Part shown: positions 29,019 to 36,928 of the stretch, in pieces
How positions within the stretch are numbered: the stretch's first letter is position 1
How the letters are laid out: each line of letters begins with the position of its first letter
Assembly: GCA_005882415.1 (NCBI GenBank)
Contig: VBAE01000093.1
Coordinates: 1-38,936, forward strand
Direction of reading: 5' to 3'
From: Alphaproteobacteria bacterium
GTDB taxonomy: Bacteria; Pseudomonadota; Alphaproteobacteria; Sphingomonadales; Sphingomonadaceae
DNA length: 38,936 nt
Translations under genes and position numbers: made by a program
The notes under the pieces: generated by a model
Told to the model about the DNA's origin: nothing
Database searches by the model: none
Seen by the model: only the letters and a program-made list of their open reading frames with translations

Positions 29019-29467
29019 TCGTGCTCGCCGCGGCGCTCCTCGCCGCCACCCCGCAGGCCGAGAGCGCGCGCCATTTCATCGAGCGCCTCTACGCCGGCTA
29101 TCGAGACCCGGATTACAGCCCCCTCGCCCGCCCCGCCCGGATCTTCGCCCCGGCCCTGGTTGCCGCCATCGCCGAGGACGTCCGCCTGTCGCACGACGAA
29201 GTCGGCTTCATGGACGCCGACCCGCTCTGCCAGTGCCAGGACCCGGCGGGGCTCAAGGCCGAGATCGGCGCAGTGACCGCGGCCGGCCCAGCCGCCGCCA
29301 CCGCCCGCGTCACCCTCCGCTTCGGCAAGGACGCCACCCCGATCACCCTCCGCCTCGCCCGCACCCGCTCCGGCTGGCGCATCGCCGACCTCGCCGCCCC
29401 GGGCGAGCCGAGCCTGCTCCACAGCCTCCAGGCCTTCAACCGCCGCCGCTCGGGAGCAAAGCGATGA
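29015..29467 (+). CDS. DUF3828-like exported protein
   Basis: DADPLCQCQD; GWRIADL; ATGA-coupled on both sides. Confidence 0.75.
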   Translation: MIVLAAALLAATPQAESARHFIERLYAGYRDPDYSPLARPARIFAPALVAAIAEDVRLSHDEVGFMDADPLCQCQDPAGLKAEIGAVTAAGPAAATARVTLRFGKDATPITLRLARTRSGWRIADLAAPGEPSLLHSLQAFNRRRSGAKR

Positions 29468-30315
29468 CCGACATGCCAGCCCTCTTCATCGGCCATGGCA
29501 GTCCGATGAACACGCTCGAGCGCAACGGCTTCACCGACGCGTGGCGGACGCTCGGCCGGCGGATGCCGCGCCCCCGGGCGGTGCTGTGCGTCTCCGCCCA
29601 TTGGTATTTCGGGGCGACCGCGGTGACGGCGATGCCGAACCCCCGCACCATCCACGATTTCTACGGCTTCCCCCAGCCGCTGTTCGACTTCGACTATCCC
29701 GCGCCGGGCGCCCCCGACGTCGCCGCCGAGGTGGTCGAGGCGGTGAAGCCGGTCTGGTGCGGGCTCGACCAGGACCAATGGGGCCTCGACCACGGCACCT
29801 GGAGCGTGCTCGCCCACCTCTATCCGGACGCCGACGTGCCCGTCGTCCAGCTCTCGATCAACGCGCTGAAGCCGCTCGATTACCATGTCGAGCTCGGCGC
29901 CCGGCTCGCCCCGCTGCGGAAGCGCGGCATCCTGGTGCTGGCGAGCGGCAACATCGTCCACAATCTCGGCCGCCTGCAATGGAACCAGCCCGACCTCGCC
30001 TATGACTGGGCGGAACGCTTCGACGACGCCGCCGCCCGCCAGCTCGCGGAGGCCCCCGGGGACGTGCTTAAGCTCGCCGAGCATCCCGACTATGCCGCCG
30101 CAGTCCCGACCCCCGACCATTTCATCCCCCTCCTCTACCTCGCCTGCATGGCGGCCGCCGAAGGGCAGCCGCTCGCGCCTTTGGTCCGCGGCCATGCGAT
30201 GGGCTCGATCTCGATGGCCTGCTACGGGCTCGGTGACGTCGGCCTGACCTGCGAGGAAGCCGAAGGCGCCGCTACTCTCCCGCCCGGCGTGCCTCCCGAC
30301 CAGAGCAACATCTGA
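29464..30315 (+). CDS. ygiD: 4,5-DOPA dioxygenase extradiol (LigB/YgiD family)
   Basis: LFIGHGSPMN; VSAHW; TIHDFYGFP; GLDHGTW; SGNIVHNL; PTPDHFIPL. Confidence 0.9.
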   Translation: MTDMPALFIGHGSPMNTLERNGFTDAWRTLGRRMPRPRAVLCVSAHWYFGATAVTAMPNPRTIHDFYGFPQPLFDFDYPAPGAPDVAAEVVEAVKPVWCGLDQDQWGLDHGTWSVLAHLYPDADVPVVQLSINALKPLDYHVELGARLAPLRKRGILVLASGNIVHNLGRLQWNQPDLAYDWAERFDDAAARQLAEAPGDVLKLAEHPDYAAAVPTPDHFIPLLYLACMAAAEGQPLAPLVRGHAMGSISMACYGLGDVGLTCEEAEGAATLPPGVPPDQSNI

Positions 30316-30376
30316 GCCCCTGGACCGTTACCCGCGCTTCAGCCGCGCAAAGCGGCGTATAAGAGAGGAAGTTTCG

Positions 30377-30581
30377 ATGCGAATGATTTTGCTGGCCGAC
30401 CACGGCCGCCGACAATGGGATGGACGCCAATATGACGGCGATGGACCCGTCGATGACCGTCGATCAGAACGGCGCGATGATGGGCACCACCAACGGCACG
30501 GTGGATGCCAACACCCAGGACCTGATGAACCAGGACGCGACCACCCACGACGCGGACACCAATCTCGCGAATGGGCTGTAG
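30377..30581 (+). pseudogene. Small Asn/Asp/Met-rich lipoprotein-like gene with a frameshift truncating the signal peptide
   Basis: GAGGA RBS and MRMILLA; another frame reads TTAADNGMDANM...QDATTHDADTNLANGL-stop with host-like codons. Confidence 0.55.
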
Positions 30582-30583
30582 CG

Positions 30584-30705
30584 CCCGAGCGCAGCGACGC
30601 CGGCGTGAAACGCCGCCGGAGCAGCGCGAAGAGAGCGCGGAAGCCGGCCAGCCTGCGCCGGAAGGCGACAGGACTGACGTCACGGAATTCAGTTCCGTGA
30701 CGGCT
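30584..30705 (+). repeat. ~125-bp multi-hairpin repeat, copy 1
   Basis: CCCGAGCGCAGCGACGCCGG...GCAGCGCGAAGAGAG...AGCCGGCCAGCCTGCGCC..GGCGACAGGACTGACGTCACGGAATTCAGTTCCGTGACGGCT. Confidence 0.92.
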
Positions 30706-30763
30706 TCGCCAGCCCAAGAAGGACGGCCGCCCCAGCTCCCCGCCGGGGCGGCCCATCCTCAAC

Positions 30764-31228
30764 TCACCAGGGCCATTCCGAATTGTCGACGACGCCGTCG
30801 CCATTCTTGTCGAGGTTCGACCAGTAGCGGGCGTTCCAATATTCGTCGTTGCTCAGATAGCCGTCGTGATTGGTATCGAAGGCGGTCCAGCTCGGCTCGT
30901 ACTGGGCCTGGCGGTAGGTCGGGTAGAAGCCGCCGCCATACCAGCAATTGGCATATTCGGCCCGGCTGATCCGGCCGTCATGATTGGCGTCCCACATCGC
31001 ATAGGCGCCGGTGCGATAGTCGTTATATTCGGCGTTCGAGATCCGCCCGTCATTGTTGCGGTCCATCGCCCCGTAGGTGCCGCAGGCGGCGTAGGTGCGG
31101 GCGGGATCGTAGGTGAGGGCGTTGGCGACGGACTCCACGTCCTCGCCCGCGCCGCGCACGGTATTGCAGGCGCCGAGCGACAGCGCCGCCGACGTGGCAA
31201 GCAACAGGGTCGGTAACAATTTACGCAT
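30764..31228 (-). CDS. Lipoprotein: entericidin-like N-terminus fused to four EF-hand loops
   Basis: LGACNTVRGAGEDVES; DRNNDGRISNAE, DANHDGRISRAE, DTNHDGYLSNDE, DKNGDGVVDNSE; AGGAG RBS. Confidence 0.85.
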   Translation of the reverse strand: MRKLLPTLLLATSAALSLGACNTVRGAGEDVESVANALTYDPARTYAACGTYGAMDRNNDGRISNAEYNDYRTGAYAMWDANHDGRISRAEYANCWYGGGFYPTYRQAQYEPSWTAFDTNHDGYLSNDEYWNARYWSNLDKNGDGVVDNSEWPW

Positions 31229-31292
31229 GAGGTATCTCCTACAACGAGCCCCTCGGCACCGCCCGCTCCATCCCGGCGAGGGCCGTGTGCAG

Positions 31293-31318
31293 AATGGATA
31301 GGGGCAGGGGGAGGTTCC
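31293..31318 (-). promoter_or_regulatory. EcfG-type promoter
   Basis: GGAAC-N17-CATT on the minus strand, ~65 bp upstream of ATG 31228. Confidence 0.6.
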
Positions 31319-31329
31319 AGCGCCGGTGC

Positions 31330-31460
31330 CCCGAGCGCAGCGACGCCGGCGGCAAAGCCGCCGCCGGAGCAGCGCGAAGAGAGGTACCAAGCCGGCCAGC
31401 CTGCGCCCCGCAGAGGGCGACAGGACTGACGTCACGGATTCAGTCCGTGACGTCTACGGC
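31330..31460 (+). repeat. ~125-bp multi-hairpin repeat, copy 2
   Basis: Same conserved blocks as copy 1 with different loops; its end supplies the TAG of the converging gene. Confidence 0.92.
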
Positions 31461-32525
31461 GTCCGAGCTTCCCCAGCCTCCCGAGCCTCCAGTTCCCCCC
31501 TTATCCGAGCCAGCTCCGGGTCCATCTCCATCCCCGCAAACCGCCAATAATCCTCCCCTTCGTGAAATCCCTCCGCCTCCTCCAGAACCACCCCCGATTC
31601 CAGCGGGCCAAGATAAGGCATCGCGTTCGGCCCGACCCGGACGAAGCTCTCCCCCGGATCGTCGAGCCCCGCCTCGATCGCCGCCTCGCCGCCTCGGTCG
31701 TAGGCGGCATCCGAAGCCCGCGCCCGCGCCGCGCACGCCTCCAGCGCGGCTGCGATCGCCGCCTCGGCCTCGGCGTCGAGCGCCACCCCTTCGAACCCGT
31801 CCAGCACCGCCGCCGAGCAATCGAGCGCCTCCGCCCCATTGTCGTTGGCCCCGCCCCGCGAATTGATCACCGTCCGCACCGTCGTCGCCGAAGCCATGGC
31901 CCCCGCTCCCTCCACCCGCTCATCCTGGCGAGAGGCCGCCCCCGCCCCCGCGCTGGCCCGCGTCGAGAAATAATTGATCGTCGTCCGCCTGCCATTCTCG
32001 TCCTGGCCGTAGTGGCGCAGGCAGAACATCAGCAGCGCGTCGTTATGCTTGCGCCGGAATCCCATCAGCTTGCCGCCGACGAAGACGGGGACCAGAGTGT
32101 TCAGGTCGGATCGTCCCCCGGACGATCCTCAACCGTGTGGGGCACGGTTGACCTGACACTCCCTCGATCGCCCGCTCGAAGGCGATGTCCTTCAGCCGCT
32201 TCAGCCCGAAATCCAGAGCCGCGTCCCAAGCCCGCCGAAAGCTCTCCGCCCCCGCCGACCGCCGCAGCGTGTAGCAATTCTGCTGCGACATATTGACCAT
32301 CGCCGCCGCCCGGGTGACGCAGCCGGTATCGGCCAGCGCCTCGATAAACGCCTTCTGCCGCTCCGGCGTCCACCCATCATGCCGAAACCGCCGAGGCACG
32401 GGCGCGAAGTCGAGCGGAGGCGCCTCCCGCGCGCCCTTCCCCGCCGCCGACGCCCGCGCCTCCGCGCCGTCCGAACCCAGTCTCTCCTGCTCCTTCCGAA
32501 GCGCCCTACCCTTCTTCCGCATCAT
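31454..32525 (-). pseudogene. HTH (terminase-small-subunit-like) hypothetical protein interrupted by a palindromic insertion carrying a +1 frameshift
   Basis: WTPERQKAFIEALADTGCVTRAAAMVNMS...RAWDAAL...ERAIEG [insert] LVPVFVGGKLMGFRRKHNDALLMFCLRHYG in the next frame. Confidence 0.75.
32096..32160. mobile_element. 65-bp Y-shaped palindromic element (terminal IR plus two hairpins)
   Basis: AGTGTTCAGGTC / GGATCGTCC-CCC-GGACGATCC / TCAACCGTG-TGGGG-CACGGTTGA / CCTGACACT. Confidence 0.75.
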
Positions 32526-32607
32526 TCCCACTCCCTCGCCAAAGGCCCGAGTCGCGGGCCAATCGACCAGTTTATGACTCAAGAGAGGGGGTGTAGGAAA
32601 ATGAAAT

Positions 32608-32622
32608 GTTCGCGCTGTGTTC
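32608..32622 (-). promoter_or_regulatory. Alphaproteobacterial LexA (SOS) box
   Basis: GTTC-GCGCTGT-GTTC (GAAC-N7-GAAC on minus strand), ~83 bp upstream of the 32525 start. Confidence 0.65.
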
Positions 32623-32749
32623 CCGAGCGCAGCGCCGCCGGCTGCGCAGCAGCCGCCGAAGCAGCGCGAAGAGAGAACACGAGCCGGCCAGCCTGCGCCG
32701 AAGGCGACAGGACTGACGTCACGGAATTCAGTTCCGTGACGGCTACGGC
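32622..32749 (+). repeat. ~125-bp multi-hairpin repeat, copy 3
   Basis: CCCGAGCGCAGCG...GGCGACAGGACTGACGTCACGGAATTCAGTTCCGTGACGGCTACGGC. Confidence 0.92.
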
Positions 32750-32789
32750 TTCCGAATTGAGGCGCACCGCCGCCTAAGCTGCCCCACGC

Positions 32790-33056
32790 TCAATAATGAA
32801 ACCGGCACTGAAGGATTTCGAGCACCTGCTCGTCTCCCCTGCCGACCACGCGATACACCAGCCGATGCTCGCCATCGATCCGGCGCGACCACCAGCCGGA
32901 GAGGTTTTCCCGAAGCGGTTCCGGCTTTCCGATCCCCTTGAAGGGCGAGCGCAAAGTGTCGCCGATCAGCGCATCCACCCGCGCCAGCCTCTTCGGGTCA
33001 GTCGCCTGCCAGAAGCGATAATCCTCCCAGGCGCGGAGGTGGAAACTGATCTTCAC
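32790..33056 (-). CDS. yoeB: YoeB/Txe toxin
   Basis: AWEDYRFWQ; PFKGIGKPEPL; GWWSRRIDGEHRLVY; CRFHY. Confidence 0.95.
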   Translation of the reverse strand: MKISFHLRAWEDYRFWQATDPKRLARVDALIGDTLRSPFKGIGKPEPLRENLSGWWSRRIDGEHRLVYRVVGRGDEQVLEILQCRFHY

Positions 33057-33331
33057 ACGGCGCGGTAGGATTGCGCCTGCTCATCCCACTCGACCTCGAC
33101 CATGTTGCGCCCCGCATCGGCGTCGGCGACGGCTTCGTCCAGCTGCCGCGCATTGGCGGGGGTCGATTTGAGATGCAGCGTCTCGACCATGGAATCATAA
33201 TCGGACTGGGCGAGCATCACGACCGGCTCATGCCCTTGGCGGGTCACCAGCACCGGCGCCCGATCGTCCACCGCCCGGTCCATGAAGTGGGCGAGACGGC
33301 GGCGAAGCTCGGAGAAGCTGACGTGGAGCAT
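33053..33331 (-). CDS. yefM: YefM/Phd antitoxin
   Basis: SFSELRRRLA...PVLVTRQG...DYDSMVETLHLKSTPANARQL. Confidence 0.93.
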   Translation of the reverse strand: MLHVSFSELRRRLAHFMDRAVDDRAPVLVTRQGHEPVVMLAQSDYDSMVETLHLKSTPANARQLDEAVADADAGRNMVEVEWDEQAQSYRAV

Positions 33332-33332
33332 G

Positions 33333-33350
33333 TGTACATGTTAGTGTACG
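33333..33350. promoter_or_regulatory. yefM-yoeB operator
   Basis: TGTACA and TGTACG cores 12 bp apart directly before the ATG, as in known YefM operators. Confidence 0.65.
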
Positions 33351-33365
33351 CGAGGGGCGGGAGCA

Positions 33366-33406
33366 AGGACTGACCTCACGAAATTCAGTTCCGTAACGGC
33401 TACGGC
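33366..33406 (+). repeat. Truncated copy 4 of the ~125-bp repeat (terminal hairpin only)
   Basis: AGGACTGACCTCACGAAATTCAGTTCCGTAACGGCTACGGC. Confidence 0.85.
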
Positions 33407-33411
33407 GCAAG

Positions 33412-33636
33412 TCAGTCGGGAAACAGCTCCGCCACGCCGACCCCAAGCGCTCCCGCAATCCGGGCGATATTGATCAGGCTGACATTGTTCTCACCGCGCT
33501 CGATGCCCCCATAATAGGACCGGTCGATCCCAGCCTTCAGCGCGACTTTCTCCTGAGAGAGCTTGGCTGCCTTGCGGAGCTTACGGAGACGCGCTCCGAA
33601 GCGGAGCTTCACTTCGTCCTTTTCGGCCGCGTCCAT
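33412..33636 (-). CDS. XRE-family HTH regulator resembling R-M controller (C) proteins
   Basis: FGARLRKLR...LSQEKVA...IDRSYYGGIERGENNVSLINIARIAGAL. Confidence 0.88.
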   Translation of the reverse strand: MDAAEKDEVKLRFGARLRKLRKAAKLSQEKVALKAGIDRSYYGGIERGENNVSLINIARIAGALGVGVAELFPD

Positions 33637-33658
33637 CCCGCCTTGTCGGCGAAATGAG

Positions 33659-33690
33659 GACTATAGTTCCACGGGGTATGACTCTCAGTC
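33659..33690 (-). promoter_or_regulatory. C-box-like double operator
   Basis: Minus strand: GACT-GAG-AGTC ... GTG GAAC-TAT-AGTC upstream of the XRE gene. Confidence 0.45.
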
Positions 33691-34191
33691 GGAGCTTTGC
33701 TCCCTCCGAAATGGAGCGTCCGTCCCATCCCAGGCAAGCTGCACCGCAATGAAATAATCCTCCATAGCGTCGCTGGCTGCCTCGGTGAGGGCAAGCAGGG
33801 ACGCCCCTTGCCGCGCCGGATCAGGCTGGCGCTCGACAAGCCCGCGCTCGGCCAGCACGTCCAGCCAGCGCAGCGCAGTCGTGGTTGCAACCCGCGCATT
33901 CTCCGTCAGCCGCGCCAGCCGCACAGGCCGCTTCTCAAGATAGCACCGGAACAGCTCCAGCAGCAGGCTCCAGCCGGGATTGGCAAGGTCGATCCCGAAC
34001 GCGTCGGACCGGGACTGCCTGGCCACCTGCACCGCCTGCAGCTGAGACACAGTGATCCGCTCCCGCGCACGCCCCTTCCGCCGAAGCGCGTCCAGTTCCG
34101 AATAGCTGGAAATCCGCTCCGACACCGAGCCAAGCTCCCGGCTCAGCTCCTCAAGAAAGGTCCGCCCCCCACTCCCCCGCTTCGCATCCAC
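33685..34191 (-). CDS. MarR-like winged-helix DNA-binding protein
   Basis: NPGWSLLLELF...ATTTALRWLDVLAERGLVERQPDP...LLALT. Confidence 0.75.
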   Translation of the reverse strand: MDAKRGSGGRTFLEELSRELGSVSERISSYSELDALRRKGRARERITVSQLQAVQVARQSRSDAFGIDLANPGWSLLLELFRCYLEKRPVRLARLTENARVATTTALRWLDVLAERGLVERQPDPARQGASLLALTEAASDAMEDYFIAVQLAWDGTDAPFRREQSSD

Positions 34192-34371
34192 GGCTCATCG
34201 AATAGCGCAAGTCTGCGGGATATAATACCCGATTTGTAGGGAGGAGCGTTTTGAGGACGCCCCCAGATTCTTGTACCTAGGACGGCGCTGCGGCGCCTCC
34301 CCGCCAGAAGAGCCTCTAGTTGCCATTCCCATTGATCTGAGACAGGATCACGCAAGCAGGGGGACATCGAC

Positions 34372-35061
34372 TTGGCAACTGAGAAAGAAGCAACGGCCAC
34401 GCCTGCCGCTCCGGAAAAGACCGTTCGCCGCAAGATCCCAGGAGGGCTGCCTTATACGTCAAGTCCGGGGGTTCTGAGGCGGGTCTTGGAAAAGATACCT
34501 ACGTCGGAGAAGCCGGCCACCTTCACCAACGACTTCCTCGGCACAGTCATGGAAGCGAGAGGAGGAGCCGCCCGGCCAATCATTCCCATCCTGAAGGCGA
34601 CTGGCCTCCTCAATCAGACGGGAGCGCCCTCAGAACTCTACGCACAATTCCAGACTGATGCAGGTCGTCCTACCGCCGCCCTTCAGGCTCTGCGAAATGG
34701 CTTCGGAGAAATATTCCGCCGGAATCAATACGCCCACAAGGCGGAAGAAGCCGCTCTCATCGACGTCATAGTAGCGATCACGGGCCTCCCGAAAAAAGAG
34801 GGGATCGTCCGTTATATCCTCACTACGTTTCAAGCATTCCAAGAATACGCGAAGCTGGCACGCGAGGATGCCAAGGCCGATGAGCACATCGATGCAAGCC
34901 ACTCGCACGATGCTTCACCTCTGCCACTCCTTGACCGAAGTGACAATGGCGCCGGTCGGCTCCAACTCGCCTACAACATCAACGTGGTCCTTCCTGAAAC
35001 GACGAATGTCGAGGTATACAACGCCATCTTTAAGAGCTTGAAGGCGAACCTATTAACGTGA
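34372..35061 (+). CDS. DUF5343-like protein
   Basis: LPYTSSPG..L.KI....P..FT.DFL...ILKATGLLNQTGAPSELY; C-terminal LAYNINVVLPETTNVEVYNAIFKSLK; family recalled, not searched. Confidence 0.7.
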   Translation: MATEKEATATPAAPEKTVRRKIPGGLPYTSSPGVLRRVLEKIPTSEKPATFTNDFLGTVMEARGGAARPIIPILKATGLLNQTGAPSELYAQFQTDAGRPTAALQALRNGFGEIFRRNQYAHKAEEAALIDVIVAITGLPKKEGIVRYILTTFQAFQEYAKLAREDAKADEHIDASHSHDASPLPLLDRSDNGAGRLQLAYNINVVLPETTNVEVYNAIFKSLKANLLT

Positions 35062-35651
35062 GCGATCATACAGTGGAACTGTTCGTCTTGAAGTGCGCTG
35101 TCATCGAGTCCGGCTTGAGGACTACATTGGCGGAGTTCGATACCGGAAATTCAGGTGCCCTCAGCAAAGCTGACGACGAGCAACTGGAGCCATTTATCAA
35201 GCAGTATGATCTCGCGAACCGCAAGAATGCGGCCCACATGGCGCGCTACTACGAGATATTCTACCTTTTAGAAAATGACATACGCCGCCTCATTGTCGAG
35301 ACGATGGAAGCAGCGCACGGTCAGGCGTGGTGGGACTCCCAAGTCCCACCGGGCGTCCTTGAGGAGGTGCGGAAGAACCGCGAGCGCGAAGCGCAGGCCG
35401 CAGTCTCGGTGCGGTCTGAGGACGACATCGACTACACGACGTTTGGCCAACTTGGTGACATCATACGGGCGAACTGGTCCGATTTCGCAGGAATGCTAAG
35501 CAATCAGTCGGCGGTGTCGCGGGTGATGGCAGCGCTCAACATGCTCCGGGGCACCATCGCCCATTGTGGTGTTCTAGCGGAGGATGAGGTGGACCGTCTC
35601 AAGCTTGCGATTCGCGACTGGTTCAGGGTTCTAGAGGGACCGAAAAGCTAA
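35058..35651 (+). CDS. Swt1-like HEPN domain protein (putative RNase)
   Basis: YEIFYLLENDIRRLI; WWDSQVP; DYTTFGQLGDII..NW..F; R-x4-H motif LRGTIAHC; GTGA overlap with the upstream gene. Confidence 0.85.
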   Translation: MSDHTVELFVLKCAVIESGLRTTLAEFDTGNSGALSKADDEQLEPFIKQYDLANRKNAAHMARYYEIFYLLENDIRRLIVETMEAAHGQAWWDSQVPPGVLEEVRKNREREAQAAVSVRSEDDIDYTTFGQLGDIIRANWSDFAGMLSNQSAVSRVMAALNMLRGTIAHCGVLAEDEVDRLKLAIRDWFRVLEGPKS

Positions 35652-35846
35652 GAAGTGGACGGATTCTCGTAACTGCCGCCAGGGCTTTCGTGGGCTTCGG
35701 TGCTGACATCAAAGACTTTCACGCGGTGTCTGGCACAAGCTCCAGTCTAGTCGAAGGGTAACCTCGGTGCCTAGCACTGCCGACACTCGACTCTTGGATG
35801 CCGCTTAATTACTCTCAGCACTTATGTTACGGGAGGAGCGCGGCTC

Positions 35847-36080
35847 ATGGCTTGGTATAAGGACGGCACCAAACTTGAAAAAATCGACGACGCAAACTTC
35901 GATAAAATCTGGAAGCCGGGAGAGACGCCGCCGGACAACGGCATCTACGAATGCCAAGGCTGCGGCGACGAGATTGCGTCGAACAAAGGCGTAAAGCTTC
36001 CAACCCAAAATCATAGTCAACATTCTCCGGCAGAAGGCGAAATCCGGTGGAAGATGATTGTCTGCTGTGAGAACCGCTAG
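35847..36080 (+). CDS. Small zinc-ribbon protein (YjzC/protein L-like)
   Basis: GGAGG RBS; KPGETPPDNGIYECQGCGDEI...LPTQNHSQH...IRW. Confidence 0.8.
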   Translation: MAWYKDGTKLEKIDDANFDKIWKPGETPPDNGIYECQGCGDEIASNKGVKLPTQNHSQHSPAEGEIRWKMIVCCENR

Positions 36081-36194
36081 AGTTCGAGGTGCCTCGCACT
36101 AAGGAATCCAGCCTCCCCCCGCCACCGCATAGTTCTGCCATCCACGATAGGCTCGGCCCCACCGCGTCTCCGAGCAACCGCACGATCGTTGAGC

Positions 36195-36311
36195 GCCGTC
36201 ACGAACTGAATTCGTGACGTCGATCAGGCTCGCTTCGCGACCTGTCGGCCGGGCTTCGCCGTCTCTCGCGGAAGCCTCGGCGGCGGTTCCCGCCGGCGGT
36301 CTTCCGCTCGG
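36195..36311 (-). repeat. Diverged inverted copy 5 of the ~125-bp repeat
   Basis: Reverse complement reads CCGAGCGGAAGACCGCCGGCG...GACGTCACGAATTCAGTTCGTGACGGC. Confidence 0.75.
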
Positions 36312-36314
36312 CCC

Positions 36315-36677
36315 CTACGCCACCCCCGGCGCCTTCCGCCTTACCGTCTCCTCCGCGCAATCCTTGAGTGCCCGCTCGGCGAACTGGTTGAGGCTCACCC
36401 CTTCGATCGTCGCGGCGAGGGCGGCCTGGGCGTGGACGGCGGGGTCGGTGCGGATCATCAATTTGCCCGAATAGGCCCTCTCCGGCGTCTTTCCGATCTC
36501 GGCGCAGGTCTCGAGATAGTCGTCGACCGCTTCGTGGAACGCGGCGACGATCTCCCGGGCGTCGGCGCCGTGAAAGCCGACGACATCGTTGATCCCGGCG
36601 ATCCGGCCGACCAGCAGCAGATCGTCGGCGTCGAACTCGACGGCGGCGTTATAGCCCTTGTAGGTCAGCAGGTTCAT
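36315..36677 (-). CDS. hicB: HicB antitoxin
   Basis: YKGYNAAVEFD...FHEAVDDYLETC...YSGKLMIR...SLNQF. Confidence 0.93.
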   Translation of the reverse strand: MNLLTYKGYNAAVEFDADDLLLVGRIAGINDVVGFHGADAREIVAAFHEAVDDYLETCAEIGKTPERAYSGKLMIRTDPAVHAQAALAATIEGVSLNQFAERALKDCAEETVRRKAPGVA

Positions 36678-36928
36678 GGCTTCACTCCCAGCCTGGCAAG
36701 GAAGGCCCGAGCGTCCCGGACCTGATAATGCTTCGCATTCGGCTCCGGGTGGGGCCGGTGAAACGAGGCGATCACCCCGTTCCTCTCGAACTTCACCCGC
36801 GAGCCGCGTCCGTCGATGACCCGGCAGCCGACCGCCTTCAGCAGGCTTTCGAGCGCGGACCAGCGGATCGTCCCGGAAACCGGATCCGCGAAAAGGTCCG
36901 CCAGCGTCTGACGCTGCTTCGAGTTCAT
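36674..36928 (-). CDS. hicA: HicA toxin
   Basis: MNSKQRQTL...IRWSALESLL...GRGSRVKF...FHRPHP; ATGA overlap with hicB. Confidence 0.92.
   Translation of the reverse strand: MNSKQRQTLADLFADPVSGTIRWSALESLLKAVGCRVIDGRGSRVKFERNGVIASFHRPHPEPNAKHYQVRDARAFLARLGVKP

Noticed and set aside
31454-32525. Prophage remnant based on the terminase-like motif
   Set aside because: No large terminase, portal, capsid or integrase nearby
30584-36311. Classical integron/attC array
   Set aside because: No intI in the window, no clear RYYYAAC...GTTRRRY ends, mixed orientation; kept only as an analogy
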